Positions 9,479 through 20,200 of a DNA stretch of 49,667 bases are shown piece by piece. Below the pieces are notes generated by a model, which had not been told where the DNA came from, made no database searches, and was given only the letters and a program-made list of their open reading frames with translations. Source of the DNA: a virus. Its lineage: Duplodnaviria; Caudoviricetes. The stretch spans positions 1 to 49,667 of the IMG/VR virus record IMGVR_UViG_3300042445_000915. One strand, 5' to 3'. Position 1 is the first letter of the stretch; the number at the start of each line of letters is the position of its first letter. The position numbers and the translations under genes were made by a program.

Positions 9479-9859
9479 TTATTTAGCTTTATTTGCTTGT
9501 TGTTCAGCTAATTGCTTTTCAGCTAATTGTTTTCTACTTAATGCACCCGGTTGATATTGAATTGTACCATCTTGTATGTTAATTCTACCTTGAGGATATT
9601 TTTCATCCAATTCATCTGCTACTTCTTTTAACTCAGCATTAACTGATTTAAATTGGGCCTCAGCTTCTTCTAAAAGAGAATCCAATCTCACTAATTCTTC
9701 TTGTAATTCTTTTTTTCTAATGTAGATATTACCAAAATCAGAAATGATTGTATTTGATTTTTGATTTAAGTCTGTAATTGTTTTTAGAACGTTTTCATCT
9801 AATTTTACAATTTCAATCTCAATAGATTGTTTTTGCGGAATGTTATCCAATGCTGCCAT
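9479..9859 (-). CDS. Small coiled-coil protein, paralog of 13289-13573
   Basis: 126 aa; shares KYPxGx(I/L)xxxxG C-terminal motif and helical pattern with 13289-13573. Confidence 0.65.
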   Translation of the reverse strand: MAALDNIPQKQSIEIEIVKLDENVLKTITDLNQKSNTIISDFGNIYIRKKELQEELVRLDSLLEEAEAQFKSVNAELKEVADELDEKYPQGRINIQDGTIQYQPGALSRKQLAEKQLAEQQANKAK

Positions 9860-9884
9860 AATTTTGTTTTTTATTGTTTATATA

Positions 9885-9893
9885 TATAAGTAT
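9885..9893 (-). promoter_or_regulatory. Putative late promoter motif variant ATACTTATA
   Basis: 25 nt upstream of ATG at 9859. Confidence 0.5.
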
Positions 9894-9908
9894 ATTGTTT
9901 TTTTGTTT

Positions 9909-11057
9909 TTATAAAAATTTTTCCAATTCTTTTATTACCATATCCGAAGTTATTGATTTTGTACACTCGAATTGTCTTTCCGTACCTTTATGGTCAGGGC
10001 ACCAATTCCAATCACCAGCATCCAACTTAAGCCTATTAAAGCACCCTTCACATTTACCTTTAGGTGCTGCAATTCTAATACAATCTTGCATTTCGGCCCA
10101 ATCATATGAGAATCCACTAATCAGTACAGTAGGAACATTTAAACTCCAACTTAACCAACTTAACCCACTACCAATACCAATGAATGCTTTTGATTTTAAC
10201 ATTTCCATCATAACTACTTCAATAGGTCCTTTTGGTTGATGAATAATTCCTTTTGGTAATTTATTTCCCATATAATCATCTCCCTCTTTAGAAAGTAATC
10301 TTACCGTATATCCTTTATTATTTAACCAATCTACCACATCCTGCCATCCGGTTGGATTATTCCAAAACTTAGATTGTGCTGTTCCAAATACACCAATACA
10401 TACTTGTTTAAGATTTGGGTCTATTTTTGTTTTAATATCTTTTATTTTTGGTTTTACTTCTTTGTATTCCAATCCCAAAATATCAGAACACATTTTTTGC
10501 AATGTAACTGTTTTTGGGTCTATTGGATTTCTCATTTGGTTTACATTGTTATCTTCATTATAAAATAATCCAATACTGTACATTGCGTATAAATCGGAAA
10601 CATTTGTGCCAGGACTAACAAATTCAAGTTGCGGATATTTGTCTATAAACATATCATTCATAAATGTAGATACAATTACCTTACAATTATGTTTTTTTCT
10701 AAACTCATCTGCATATGGAAACCAAGACAATGAATCACCCAAAGCGCTTGAATCTAATGCGATATAAATTCTTTTATCTTTTGCATTATATAAATGTTGA
10801 TGCCACATTTTTCCGTTTTCATATATGTTAATTTTCCAATTAACAAAATATTCAACACTACATTTACACCAACAATTATTACCAACAGTAGTTGAGTAAA
10901 CAATTCTACCAGTATTATTATCTATAAATTCAACTTTGTATTCAGCAACTTTACCTCCTTTGATTTCTACAAAAGGTCCTCTAACAAAATGTATCACTAC
11001 TTTGTTCTCAACATTTACAATTGGATTTATATTCTTTTTTAAATTATCGTATATCAT
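9909..11057 (-). CDS. Aah/TibC-like (autotransporter strand-loop-strand O-heptosyltransferase family, GT9-related) glycosyltransferase
   Basis: ALGDSLSWFPY, TAQSKFWNNPTGW, FIGIGSGLSWLSW, PTVLISGFS, and four-Cys iron-finger-like CEGC...WCP...FECTKSIT. Start moved from the TTG at 11066 to the ATG at 11057, which forms an ATGA overlap with the upstream stop. Confidence 0.85.
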   Translation of the reverse strand: MIYDNLKKNINPIVNVENKVVIHFVRGPFVEIKGGKVAEYKVEFIDNNTGRIVYSTTVGNNCWCKCSVEYFVNWKINIYENGKMWHQHLYNAKDKRIYIALDSSALGDSLSWFPYADEFRKKHNCKVIVSTFMNDMFIDKYPQLEFVSPGTNVSDLYAMYSIGLFYNEDNNVNQMRNPIDPKTVTLQKMCSDILGLEYKEVKPKIKDIKTKIDPNLKQVCIGVFGTAQSKFWNNPTGWQDVVDWLNNKGYTVRLLSKEGDDYMGNKLPKGIIHQPKGPIEVVMMEMLKSKAFIGIGSGLSWLSWSLNVPTVLISGFSYDWAEMQDCIRIAAPKGKCEGCFNRLKLDAGDWNWCPDHKGTERQFECTKSITSDMVIKELEKFL

Positions 11058-13234
11058 GTATTCCAAGTTTTAACTGTTAAATCCAATAGAGAATATCCTT
11101 CGGCCTGTTTACTATACATTTTATTTGTTGTATAACGAGGTCTTGGATGATTATAGAAAACGTGATTAAACCAAAGGTCACCAACATCCCATCCACAATC
11201 TTGTATTCTATCTAACCACCATTGCTTCTCTCTATTTGGAATTAAATAACAATGTGCCAAATCCTGATTAAATGCTGTTTTTGAAAATAATTCATCTATT
11301 TTTGTTTTTTCTCTTGATGGATTATCTGCAAATGAAATGAATGGTACATTATCTCTTTCTGAAATAAAACAAGCTCTATGTACAATTTCTACAAATTCTT
11401 CTAATCCAGTATAGATAAACGCATCTGCTTCAAATATTAAAGTGTAATCAAAGTTTTCAGTATCCATAGTTTCCAATGCTCCCCTATGTGCTAAATAACA
11501 TCCATAGTGTCTACCAGTCATCCAACCCAAACCAGCACCAGGATATAATTCACCAGGCTTATTATCTTTACTTATATGCTCCGGTCTTCTACAATTTTCA
11601 GCAGGTGCGAATCCCTCATATACTTTATTAACAATTGGTTGATATACAATTCCGTATTTTTCCAATTGCTTAAGAGATTGAATAGATACCATCTCTCTCA
11701 TATCATCTGGTCTAGTCAATAAATGCTTTATTTGAATACGAGGTTTTTGCTTTCTCCAATTTCTAAATCCAATTGTACATTGGTCATAAAAGAATTCATT
11801 AACTGCTTGAGTAACACCGGGAAAGAAACTTCCACCATAATCATCACCACTAATAGTTCCACCAGGTTTTACTTTGTTATACCAAAAATGAATATCATCT
11901 TTCACATCTTCATAACTATGCCCAGCATCTAACATTATATAATCAATACTACCATTACTAAATTGGTTAGCTGCGTTATGTGATGTATCTTTTATTATTT
12001 CAAATGAACCATAGTTTTCTGAAAGTACTGTATTATCTATGAATTCATAAAATATATCTCCGTTAAATGCTCCAACTATATTTTGGTGCAATTCCTCATT
12101 ATCAGTTCCCTTAAACGTATCTACCGTTATAAACTTAATATCTTTTTTAGATTCTTTTATTTTTGTTGCTAAATAATTTGTTGATTTACCAAACCATGTA
12201 CCAACTTCTACAAATGTATCACCATCCTTTGCTTCATTAACAAATTCATTATATAATTCATCATATGCAAACCAACCAGGAATTTCATTGAACTCGGGGT
12301 TAAGTGTATCTAATATAACTTTCTTTGTTGCTTTTAAATCTTCATTAATATATGTTACTAACGGGTTATTATCATAGGTATCTAAATAAGTGTGGAGTTT
12401 TCTGAATATTGATGGTAGTTTATAACTTAATGCTTCCTTAATTGAAAGTGGATTTAATTCCAACTTTGAACTAAAATAAAACATATCACTTGCTGCATAA
12501 AATTTATCTACATCATCACGCTCTCCCCATATCACACAATTGTATGGTTTGTGTTTCATCAATGGTGCCCAATAATCTTCAAAGTTTCCAGCTTGATTTC
12601 CTACAAAGTGAAATTTAATTTTATATTTTTCCAATTGAGTTGCTAATGCAAATATTTCACCTTGGTTCTTACCTGGTGCAAATAATCCAACATTAAGAAT
12701 ATGTTTCCAATCTGATTCAAATCCTAATTCTTTTTGTGCAGCTTCTTTATCAAATTTATATTCTTCGATTGGATATTCCCATAACATAGTTTCAACTCCA
12801 GTATCAATGAATCTTTGTCTACTCCATTCAGATACTAAAATGTATCTATCTGGGTGGTAAACTATTTCCGATGGATTTGTATATGAACCATGCGTAGATG
12901 CTATAATAAAATAATTTCTATCTTTTGTAAAAATCTGGTCTAATATAAATGGAGCTAAATCAAATTGTGGTATTTCCTGAAAATGTATAATATCGGGTTT
13001 AAATTCACTTATTATATTAAGTATTTCTGATTTATCATCTCCCAATGTATGAACCTCTACTAATGATTTTATTCTATTTTTTTGAACCACAAAAGCATGT
13101 CCTCCGCTGTTGTTTATCTCAACAACTTGGATATCAAAATTTTTAATAAAATGTTTTACCTGTTTATATAGGTATTGTGGTTGTCCTCCCGTAGATAAGT
13201 GAGGCGCAACATAAAGTAACTTCTTTTTAGACAT
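11054..13234 (-). CDS. Trifunctional glycosyltransferase: GT-B (GT4-like) + class I SAM methyltransferase (Methyltransf_24-like) + GT-A (GT25-like)
   Basis: 726 aa; PHLSTGGQPQY...NVGLFAPGKNQ...ELNPLSIKEALSY; VEVGTWFGKS...LDAGHSYEDV...KPGGTISGDDY; HYGCYLAH...LIFEADA. Confidence 0.85.
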   Translation of the reverse strand: MSKKKLLYVAPHLSTGGQPQYLYKQVKHFIKNFDIQVVEINNSGGHAFVVQKNRIKSLVEVHTLGDDKSEILNIISEFKPDIIHFQEIPQFDLAPFILDQIFTKDRNYFIIASTHGSYTNPSEIVYHPDRYILVSEWSRQRFIDTGVETMLWEYPIEEYKFDKEAAQKELGFESDWKHILNVGLFAPGKNQGEIFALATQLEKYKIKFHFVGNQAGNFEDYWAPLMKHKPYNCVIWGERDDVDKFYAASDMFYFSSKLELNPLSIKEALSYKLPSIFRKLHTYLDTYDNNPLVTYINEDLKATKKVILDTLNPEFNEIPGWFAYDELYNEFVNEAKDGDTFVEVGTWFGKSTNYLATKIKESKKDIKFITVDTFKGTDNEELHQNIVGAFNGDIFYEFIDNTVLSENYGSFEIIKDTSHNAANQFSNGSIDYIMLDAGHSYEDVKDDIHFWYNKVKPGGTISGDDYGGSFFPGVTQAVNEFFYDQCTIGFRNWRKQKPRIQIKHLLTRPDDMREMVSIQSLKQLEKYGIVYQPIVNKVYEGFAPAENCRRPEHISKDNKPGELYPGAGLGWMTGRHYGCYLAHRGALETMDTENFDYTLIFEADAFIYTGLEEFVEIVHRACFISERDNVPFISFADNPSREKTKIDELFSKTAFNQDLAHCYLIPNREKQWWLDRIQDCGWDVGDLWFNHVFYNHPRPRYTTNKMYSKQAEGYSLLDLTVKTWNT

Positions 13235-13250
13235 ATTTTATTAATTGTAA

Positions 13251-13282
13251 CAAAGATACAAAATAATTCTCAAACTACCAAA
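13251..13282 (-). promoter_or_regulatory. Bacteroidota primary-sigma promoter (-33 TTTG / -7 TAnnTTTG)
   Basis: Minus strand reads TTTG-gtagtttgagaattattttg(20 nt)-TATCTTTG, 16 nt upstream of the glycosyltransferase ATG. Confidence 0.75.
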
Positions 13283-13288
13283 TTTATT

Positions 13289-13573
13289 TTATTCTGCAGA
13301 TTCGTATATTACTATACCTTCATTTAAATCAAGTTCTCCCATTGGATATTTCTTTTCCAAATCCCTAATTGCAGTTGTAAATTTACTATCATTTAACTCA
13401 AACTCAAGTTCCATAGATTTTTGTTCTTCCATAAGTTTAGTCATTTCAATTTTAAAATTTTTTAATTTTAAGTGAGATTGTCCAATACCAATAATCAATT
13501 CGTTTGCTTTAGTTTGCATACCTCTTAGGTCATCTATTAACTCTTGCGATAATTTTTCTGTTTTTTGTGCCAT
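13289..13573 (-). CDS. Small coiled-coil protein, paralog of 9479-9859
   Basis: 94 aa; DLEKKYPMGELDLNEGIVIY versus ELDEKYPQGRINIQDGTIQY. Confidence 0.65.
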   Translation of the reverse strand: MAQKTEKLSQELIDDLRGMQTKANELIIGIGQSHLKLKNFKIEMTKLMEEQKSMELEFELNDSKFTTAIRDLEKKYPMGELDLNEGIVIYESAE

Positions 13574-13589
13574 AACGTTAGTGTTTATA

Positions 13590-13598
13590 TATAAGTAT
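13590..13598 (-). promoter_or_regulatory. Putative late promoter motif variant ATACTTATA
   Basis: 16 nt upstream of ATG at 13573. Confidence 0.5.
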
Positions 13599-13603
13599 AT
13601 ATA

Positions 13604-13873
13604 TTATGAATTTTTACGAAACGGACTAGTTCCCAATATATCTTCAGGCCACAACCCAATCAATTCCTCTCTTGTGGTTATTCCATCAATACTAATATCC
13701 GTTAGGTTTCTTAATATTTCTTTTTTTGCAACTATCTCAGATTGTAATGTTGTATTACCCGTTTCTAATGCTTTCATATATTGAACATCCAAATCACTGA
13801 ATAATTTTGCTCTTTTTATTCTAATTTTGGATTTTAATATTTCCAATGCTTTACTTGTATCGTATGTAAACAT
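13604..13873 (-). CDS. Tail fibre assembly chaperone-like protein
   Basis: KIRIKRAKLFSDLDVQYMKALE...IVAKKEILRNLT...LWPEDILG resembles Tfa-type chaperones that follow fibres. Start placed at MFTYD (13873), which removes the 34-nt overlap of the longer ORF call. Confidence 0.6.
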   Translation of the reverse strand: MFTYDTSKALEILKSKIRIKRAKLFSDLDVQYMKALETGNTTLQSEIVAKKEILRNLTDISIDGITTREELIGLWPEDILGTSPFRKNS

Positions 13874-13887
13874 AATATAATTATTTT

Positions 13888-14205
13888 TTATAATGAACCA
13901 CTTGCTTTCATTTCTATCCACTCAGCATGAGATATATCAAATGTTGCTGGATATATAACAGCACTATTTTGTAAATTATATGAACCCGAGCCCCAACCAT
14001 CTGGATTTGAAAAATCAAATGTGTAACAATCAAATTCGTTATGATAATTAAATGGTAATTGACTTGATGATAATATTACATATGCACTTCCAACTGGAAT
14101 ATCTCTTTTACAAATCCATTCCAAATCATACATTAGATTGGGTATTAACCAGCAACCAATAGTTGGGTCATCTTTACTTTGATAAATAACTACTGTTTCT
14201 TCCAT
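13888..14205 (-). CDS. Tail fibre-associated small protein (probable assembly partner)
   Basis: 105 aa; VIYQ...LIP...ICKRDIPVGSAYVIL...FDFSNPDGWG pattern typical of small genes following phage fibres. Confidence 0.55.
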   Translation of the reverse strand: MEETVVIYQSKDDPTIGCWLIPNLMYDLEWICKRDIPVGSAYVILSSSQLPFNYHNEFDCYTFDFSNPDGWGSGSYNLQNSAVIYPATFDISHAEWIEMKASGSL

Positions 14206-14221
14206 AATTTTATTTTTTAAA

Positions 14222-17200
14222 TTACATTACTACTATTACACCAATTTCATCCATATTAAATAATCCATCGGTATTATTATCTTGAGTTCTAAAGTTTATA
14301 TAAGTACTGTTTCCAGCAAATTTTCCAAAAGTAAATGTACATTCAACAGGATTTGCTATATCTCTAGTTCCTGTAAAAAATACAGATGGTGTAATAGTAG
14401 AAAGCGAAGCACCATCTGATGTTGTTAATGCAAAATTTAAATTGTATGCACCTTGCGACCCTGCTGAAGCTAAAGATGTAACAACTCCGCCTAAAGATTG
14501 TAGAGTTGGTATCGATGGAGCTCCAGTTTGGGATACATTACTAGCCCATCTTGCATATCCTTTAACCATAGGATAACCACCAACATTATAACCCAATGAA
14601 GTACCAGTATCTTTATGATAATGTTTATCGGTAGATAATCCGCCCTCAACATATGTGTATATTCCAATTGTATCAGGATTAGTAGCGTGTTTTAAATATC
14701 TACCAGCACCAGCTGCCGTTTGGAAACCACCACCATTAACAATAGTACCAGCCGATACCGCTTCAACAACCAATCTACCAGTATCGCCGTTTTCTTCGTA
14801 AACCACACCAGCAGAGGAATTTTCATAATAAGGAGCTCCATCGGTATCATCAGCAATTACTGTATAGGAAACAAGTAATTTTACTCTATATCTAGTACTT
14901 GCTGTTAAAGTTGCACTAACAGTATATGTTTTTGGGTCTATTAAAAGGTCTGTGTTTTGTTGTGCATAATAACTTCTAAATCCACCATATGAACCACCAT
15001 AACCTTCTTCATACATTTGTCCATATGCCGATGCATAATCCGATGTACCATATGCTACAATATCATTTGTTGCATCCGGTGTTAATACTAAACTTACACT
15101 AAGAGATGCATATGCATTTCCGGCAGCTTCTGCTATGCCTGAATAATATGCACTTGATGGATTCCATGTATATCTTATATTGTGTTGTCCTCCATTAGCT
15201 GATGATATAAATGAGCCCAATTCATGAAAAACTCCCGTATAAAAGAAATCATTATCTCCATTAATACTAGTCTCACTAACAACAGTTGCTGAGGTTGGTG
15301 TTATAACCAATGGAGTGGTAGTTCCTCCGGTTGGGGAACCTGGTGTACCAGAAGTTGCCTGAACACCGGCTGGATTTGGTAATGTTAATGCCGTATTTGC
15401 TGTAAATCTAACTGCTCCATCCGAATCCAATACTTGAATTTGTTCCTGTGCTGCATCTAATTTAATTCTACTATTTGCCGTAATAAAGAACGCTTGTGCG
15501 TTTAGTGTCCACGCACCAAATGTTGCTTGAGATGAATTAAGTACTCCTTTAAAATATGCAGTTCCATCATTTTTAGTTGCAAATCCAGGAGATGTAATCG
15601 TACCATCTGCTAAATTAAGAAATGTACCAGTATCTGAAAAGTTTCCAGCTTCAATTGATGCCGAATAGTTTGTTGAAAGTATTAAATTTGTTGCAACCAT
15701 ATTAGTTACAATAGAACCAGCTCCAATATATGTTACAGCGTTACCACTATTAATAGAATTAATTGCAGCCATTGCTCCCAACGAACTACTAAATACATTA
15801 AGTGCGGTTGTTGCATTTGAACCTGCTGTACTAATTGCATTTGCTTGTGCAGCATTTGCTTTAGATTGTGCACCACTTGTTGTTTCAGCATCTCCACCAG
15901 TTACGGTAATAGAACCTTTGATTTCCAAATCAGTTCCCGTCCATCGCATAAACCTACTATTATCTCCATTAACTAAAGAAAATCTAGGTTTAAATGTACT
16001 TGCGCTTGTACCATCATCGTATATACCCAACCAAATTCCACTATTACCATATCCAATTGTACTATATTGTCCAACTGCCATATACGGGTCTTCTCTACCA
16101 CCGGCTAATACAATGTTTGCAAATGCACTACCACTATTGTTACCAACGTTGATTGTATTTTTTACAAATGATTCATCAAATATTGCAATCTTAGCTGCAA
16201 CAAAGAATTCTTGTTGTCCCAAAAATTGCCACCATGCATTATCACTACCAGCCGTTGGGGCTCTTGAACCAACTAAAGTACCTGATTTATTATATGTTTG
16301 TGGCCCACTACCACTAATCGCTGCATAATATGTTGTTGGATTAGTTCCGTATATTACTGCATCTCTACGAAAATTTCTAGTCTCAACCGAACCACTATAA
16401 TTTGTTAAACTATTCCACTCACCTCTCATTACAATACCAGGTCCAGTAGAACCTTCAAATTGTACAGACAATGATTGTGTTTTATAAAGAGTTTGCCTTC
16501 CTTCGCATTCTATTTGATAAACAATTTCACCATTTGGATTTGTATTTGGGTCTACCCAACCAACTATGTTTGGCATTTGTGCGGGCACTCCAGTAACGTA
16601 ACTTGCAGCTAACCAACTATTTGCTAATGTTATATGAGATGATTTTGAATATATAGAAACTCTACATTGATTTTGATATCCAGTAACACCATATGCATCT
16701 CGTTGTGGGTTTGTAAAACCAGCAGGTTTGTTTGTTAATTCAGTACCACCTCTATAAACTCTAATATCAGTACCAGTATTTGATAATGTAAATTGCCCAG
16801 ATACTTTATAAACTGCTGATGAATTTTCATTTGTTAATTTAATATCGTATGGTGCTGGTGGTTCGAATTGTACAGATATTGATTGTGTTACAAATTGAAC
16901 TTGTCTATTATTTTCAAAATCAATTTTATATACAATTTGTCCACTTTTATTTATTGCAGGTGCGTACCATGCAGCTATATCTCCAATTGAAGCTGGATTG
17001 CTTGTTGGGAATTTATTAGATGATTGTGTAACAAAAGAAGATGTAAAAAATATTGATGCTGATGAAAATCCTAAATTACCAATATAATTTCCTAAGAAAT
17101 CATAAACATCATTAGATGCATTATATGTTGGTGTACTAACATTTGATAATTGCTCCGTACCTTTAAATGTAGTTATCTTCATACCACTACCACTAAAAGA

Positions 17201-20200
17201 TGTATTCCACAAATCAGCAGTAATTGTTGTACTTTCATTTGATGCTACTAACTTATATGCATCTGCTCCAGCTTTTATACCAGCGATTGTTAGAGAATTT
17301 TCTGCTCTAATTGGTGCTGTTGGTGATGAATTACCATCTCTAATTCTTACAGTCCAAGTTGCATTTTCACCAGGTCCAGTTGCATCACCACCACCTATTT
17401 CTTGAGTTGCAAATTTTGAATTAGGGGAATCTTCGCCAACAATACCACTATAATCAGTATCATCTTTATAAAATTGAAACCAAACTGCTCCGGTTGTATT
17501 TGTTGCAGTTGCCGTTAAAATAATAGGGTCTAGTGGTGAAGATACAACTCCATCTTTATTAAAGTTTACAGTATCAAAGGATGCTTTTAAATTTACACTT
17601 CTAGCATTTGCCGGAGCTACATTCTTTGTAAAAGTTTGAGTTCTTTGAATTACAGAAGATGTATATTCGTGACCAGGTCCCAAAGCGTAAGGATATGCAA
17701 CAATATTATATTGTGCACTAGCAGAAACAAATGGATAATCAAATCTTTGGAATGATACAGTTGCAGTATTAAATGATGAACTAGCTACCGAACCCGTTCT
17801 AATATTTGATACTATTACAGACCCTCCATTTTGTATTCTAAATGTTCCAGGTGCGGTTGATTGAGTTGTAAATCTTAAAAAATCATCCCCATCTTTTACC
17901 TGTATAGTTGTACTAGCAGCTGTATATTCTGAAACATACCCAACCTCATCAGCTTTTAAATTTGGTGCGTTTGGTGTTATAATTACTTGAATTGGGGGTG
18001 CTCCTTCTAATATTTTTGTATAATTAACAACAACACTTGCCGTATAAATTGATGAAGTAAAATATGGATGTATAATCAACGGATATGTAATACTTCCACT
18101 CAATTGCCTTAAATCCGAAGATGCACTTACTATCAATGAAGATGTATATGCCGTTCCGTTTGAAGAAGTAAATTGTACATTACCAGCCTTAACATTACTC
18201 TCAACAATAGAAGCCGTTGCTATATAAAATTGCCCATGTGATGAAAACTTATTTTCACCGGCACTACCACTAAAAGAAAGATATCTAGAACCTTGCTTTA
18301 ATTTAATATCAGTAATTGATGGTTTATAATCTCCAACGATACCTCTTGAATTTGCTCCCAATGTAATTGATGATGGAACTACTTCAAATATAATTGTTTC
18401 ATCGCCGGGTGCACCATCAGGCGTAATTGTAAATGATTGGTCTACAGATACCGATGCCGAAGTCCAAGGTTCAGTATAAGTAAAGCTAACCAATAATTGT
18501 TTACTTTGAGATAGTGGTGAACTCAATCTATATGTAGATGCATCTGCTCTAGATGGAATTATTTTTCCGTTTTCATCATATGCAGCAACAGTTATATCTT
18601 CCGCACAACTAAATGTAGTGTAGTGCATCCAATATTCAGGAACCCAATCCTTATTTATTGACATCGATGGATATACTTCAAATGAACAACTTATAGGTGC
18701 TTCAAACGTACCTCTACGATAGAATGATGCCGTTGCAGATGAGTATGTTGGTCTAAATTTGGTTTCAGTTCTTGGATTTATAGAAAATTGATTTGTATCA
18801 AATAATACAAGTCCAGTATCTAAACCATCTTGAATATCAGTAAGAGTTAATGTTGTTAAAATAGAACCAGATGGGTTTGTTGAGCCCGTTGGTATCATAT
18901 ACAATGTCAACTGTCCATTTATAGAATCTCTATTGAATATTGCATTATAATTTACTTCACCTGAACCAGTTATGCCGGGCTGAATACTTCTTACGAATTG
19001 AGATGCACTTGCAGCTTCTAAAGTCACATAAGTAGACCCAGATTGCACGTACAACATAGTATTTGAACGTCCTTTAGGTAACCCACTTTGCAATAGAACT
19101 TCATTCACACCATCAATACGAATAGCCTGAACTTCCAATGAAGATGATGGATGTGAGTTTCTAATAATAGTTCCATCATAAGGTCTAATTTCATAATTAA
19201 CACCACCCTTACCATCTATAACTCTAGTAATAACAATTGAATCTTCAACACCCTCACACTCTACTGTATATTCAATAAATTGTACTACTAATTCTTCTAA
19301 TGCTTCATCTCTTGAACCTGTAAAGTTTTGTACAGTTAAAATAACGTTATTATTTTTACCATCGTTATCAATTAGATAACCAGGGAATTGTCCGCCTAAA
19401 TAACCCGGAGTTACTATTGGAGCATACATCGATGATGATAATTCCGTACCAAAGAAATCAAATGAGCGTGATGTGAATGTATAAGAACCAGTTAAATAAT
19501 TTTTCTTAATATCAACATTAATAACAGTTGGTGGAACTGGATTACCATTACCAGAACCAGAATCAAATTGGAAATATAATGATGATGGAATTAATTCAAT
19601 ACTTTTATTAATTACATTCAAGTTACCACCATCAAATGTTTTGGTTTCACTAACAACTACTGGAATGTAGTTATTGTTTATATCATAGAATTGAAATAAA
19701 AATTCAAATGTTTCTCTTGGTAAAGTTCTTGGTACAGGTTGTATGAATGTAATTTCATCCGGTGAGAATGAACTTTCTTGTGAAGCTCTTAAACTAACAT
19801 CTGAAATATGCCAACCCATTCCTTTAACATCAAAGTATAATTTAGCATCGGATAATCCATCTGCTTTAAAATTAATTGTTTTTGATGTTTTTTGTAATAA
19901 AGAATTATCAGAATATATTTTTATAATTTCTTGAGATGCTGCTACTTTTGTTGTAGTTCCACCAAATGTAGATTGTTTAGAACCACTTATGTAAACGGAA
20001 ATATAATTTGTTGGATTTAAATTTTGTAATAGTCTAGTATTAAAATTTAAAGTATATTCTGCATTTTCTGTTATTGCTATTGACTTAGTTGTAAAATATC
20101 TATAAGGTCCTCCATTGGCATCTAACTTTACGGAATTAAATAAAAAGTTTTGATTAAATTCAGTTGTTAAATTATTTGAAGATGTTACCCAATAATTTTT

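Noticed and set aside
9909-13234. DNA hypermodification glucosyltransferases (T4 agt/bgt-like)
   Set aside because: Family motifs point to protein or surface-glycan enzymes, and no base-hydroxymethylase genes are nearby. Not strictly excluded.
13874-13921. Extended N-terminus of the 13604 ORF (start 13921) and TTG start 11066 of the heptosyltransferase
   Set aside because: Downstream ATGs (13873 and 11057) give a clean A-rich leader or an ATGA coupling and remove long overlaps.
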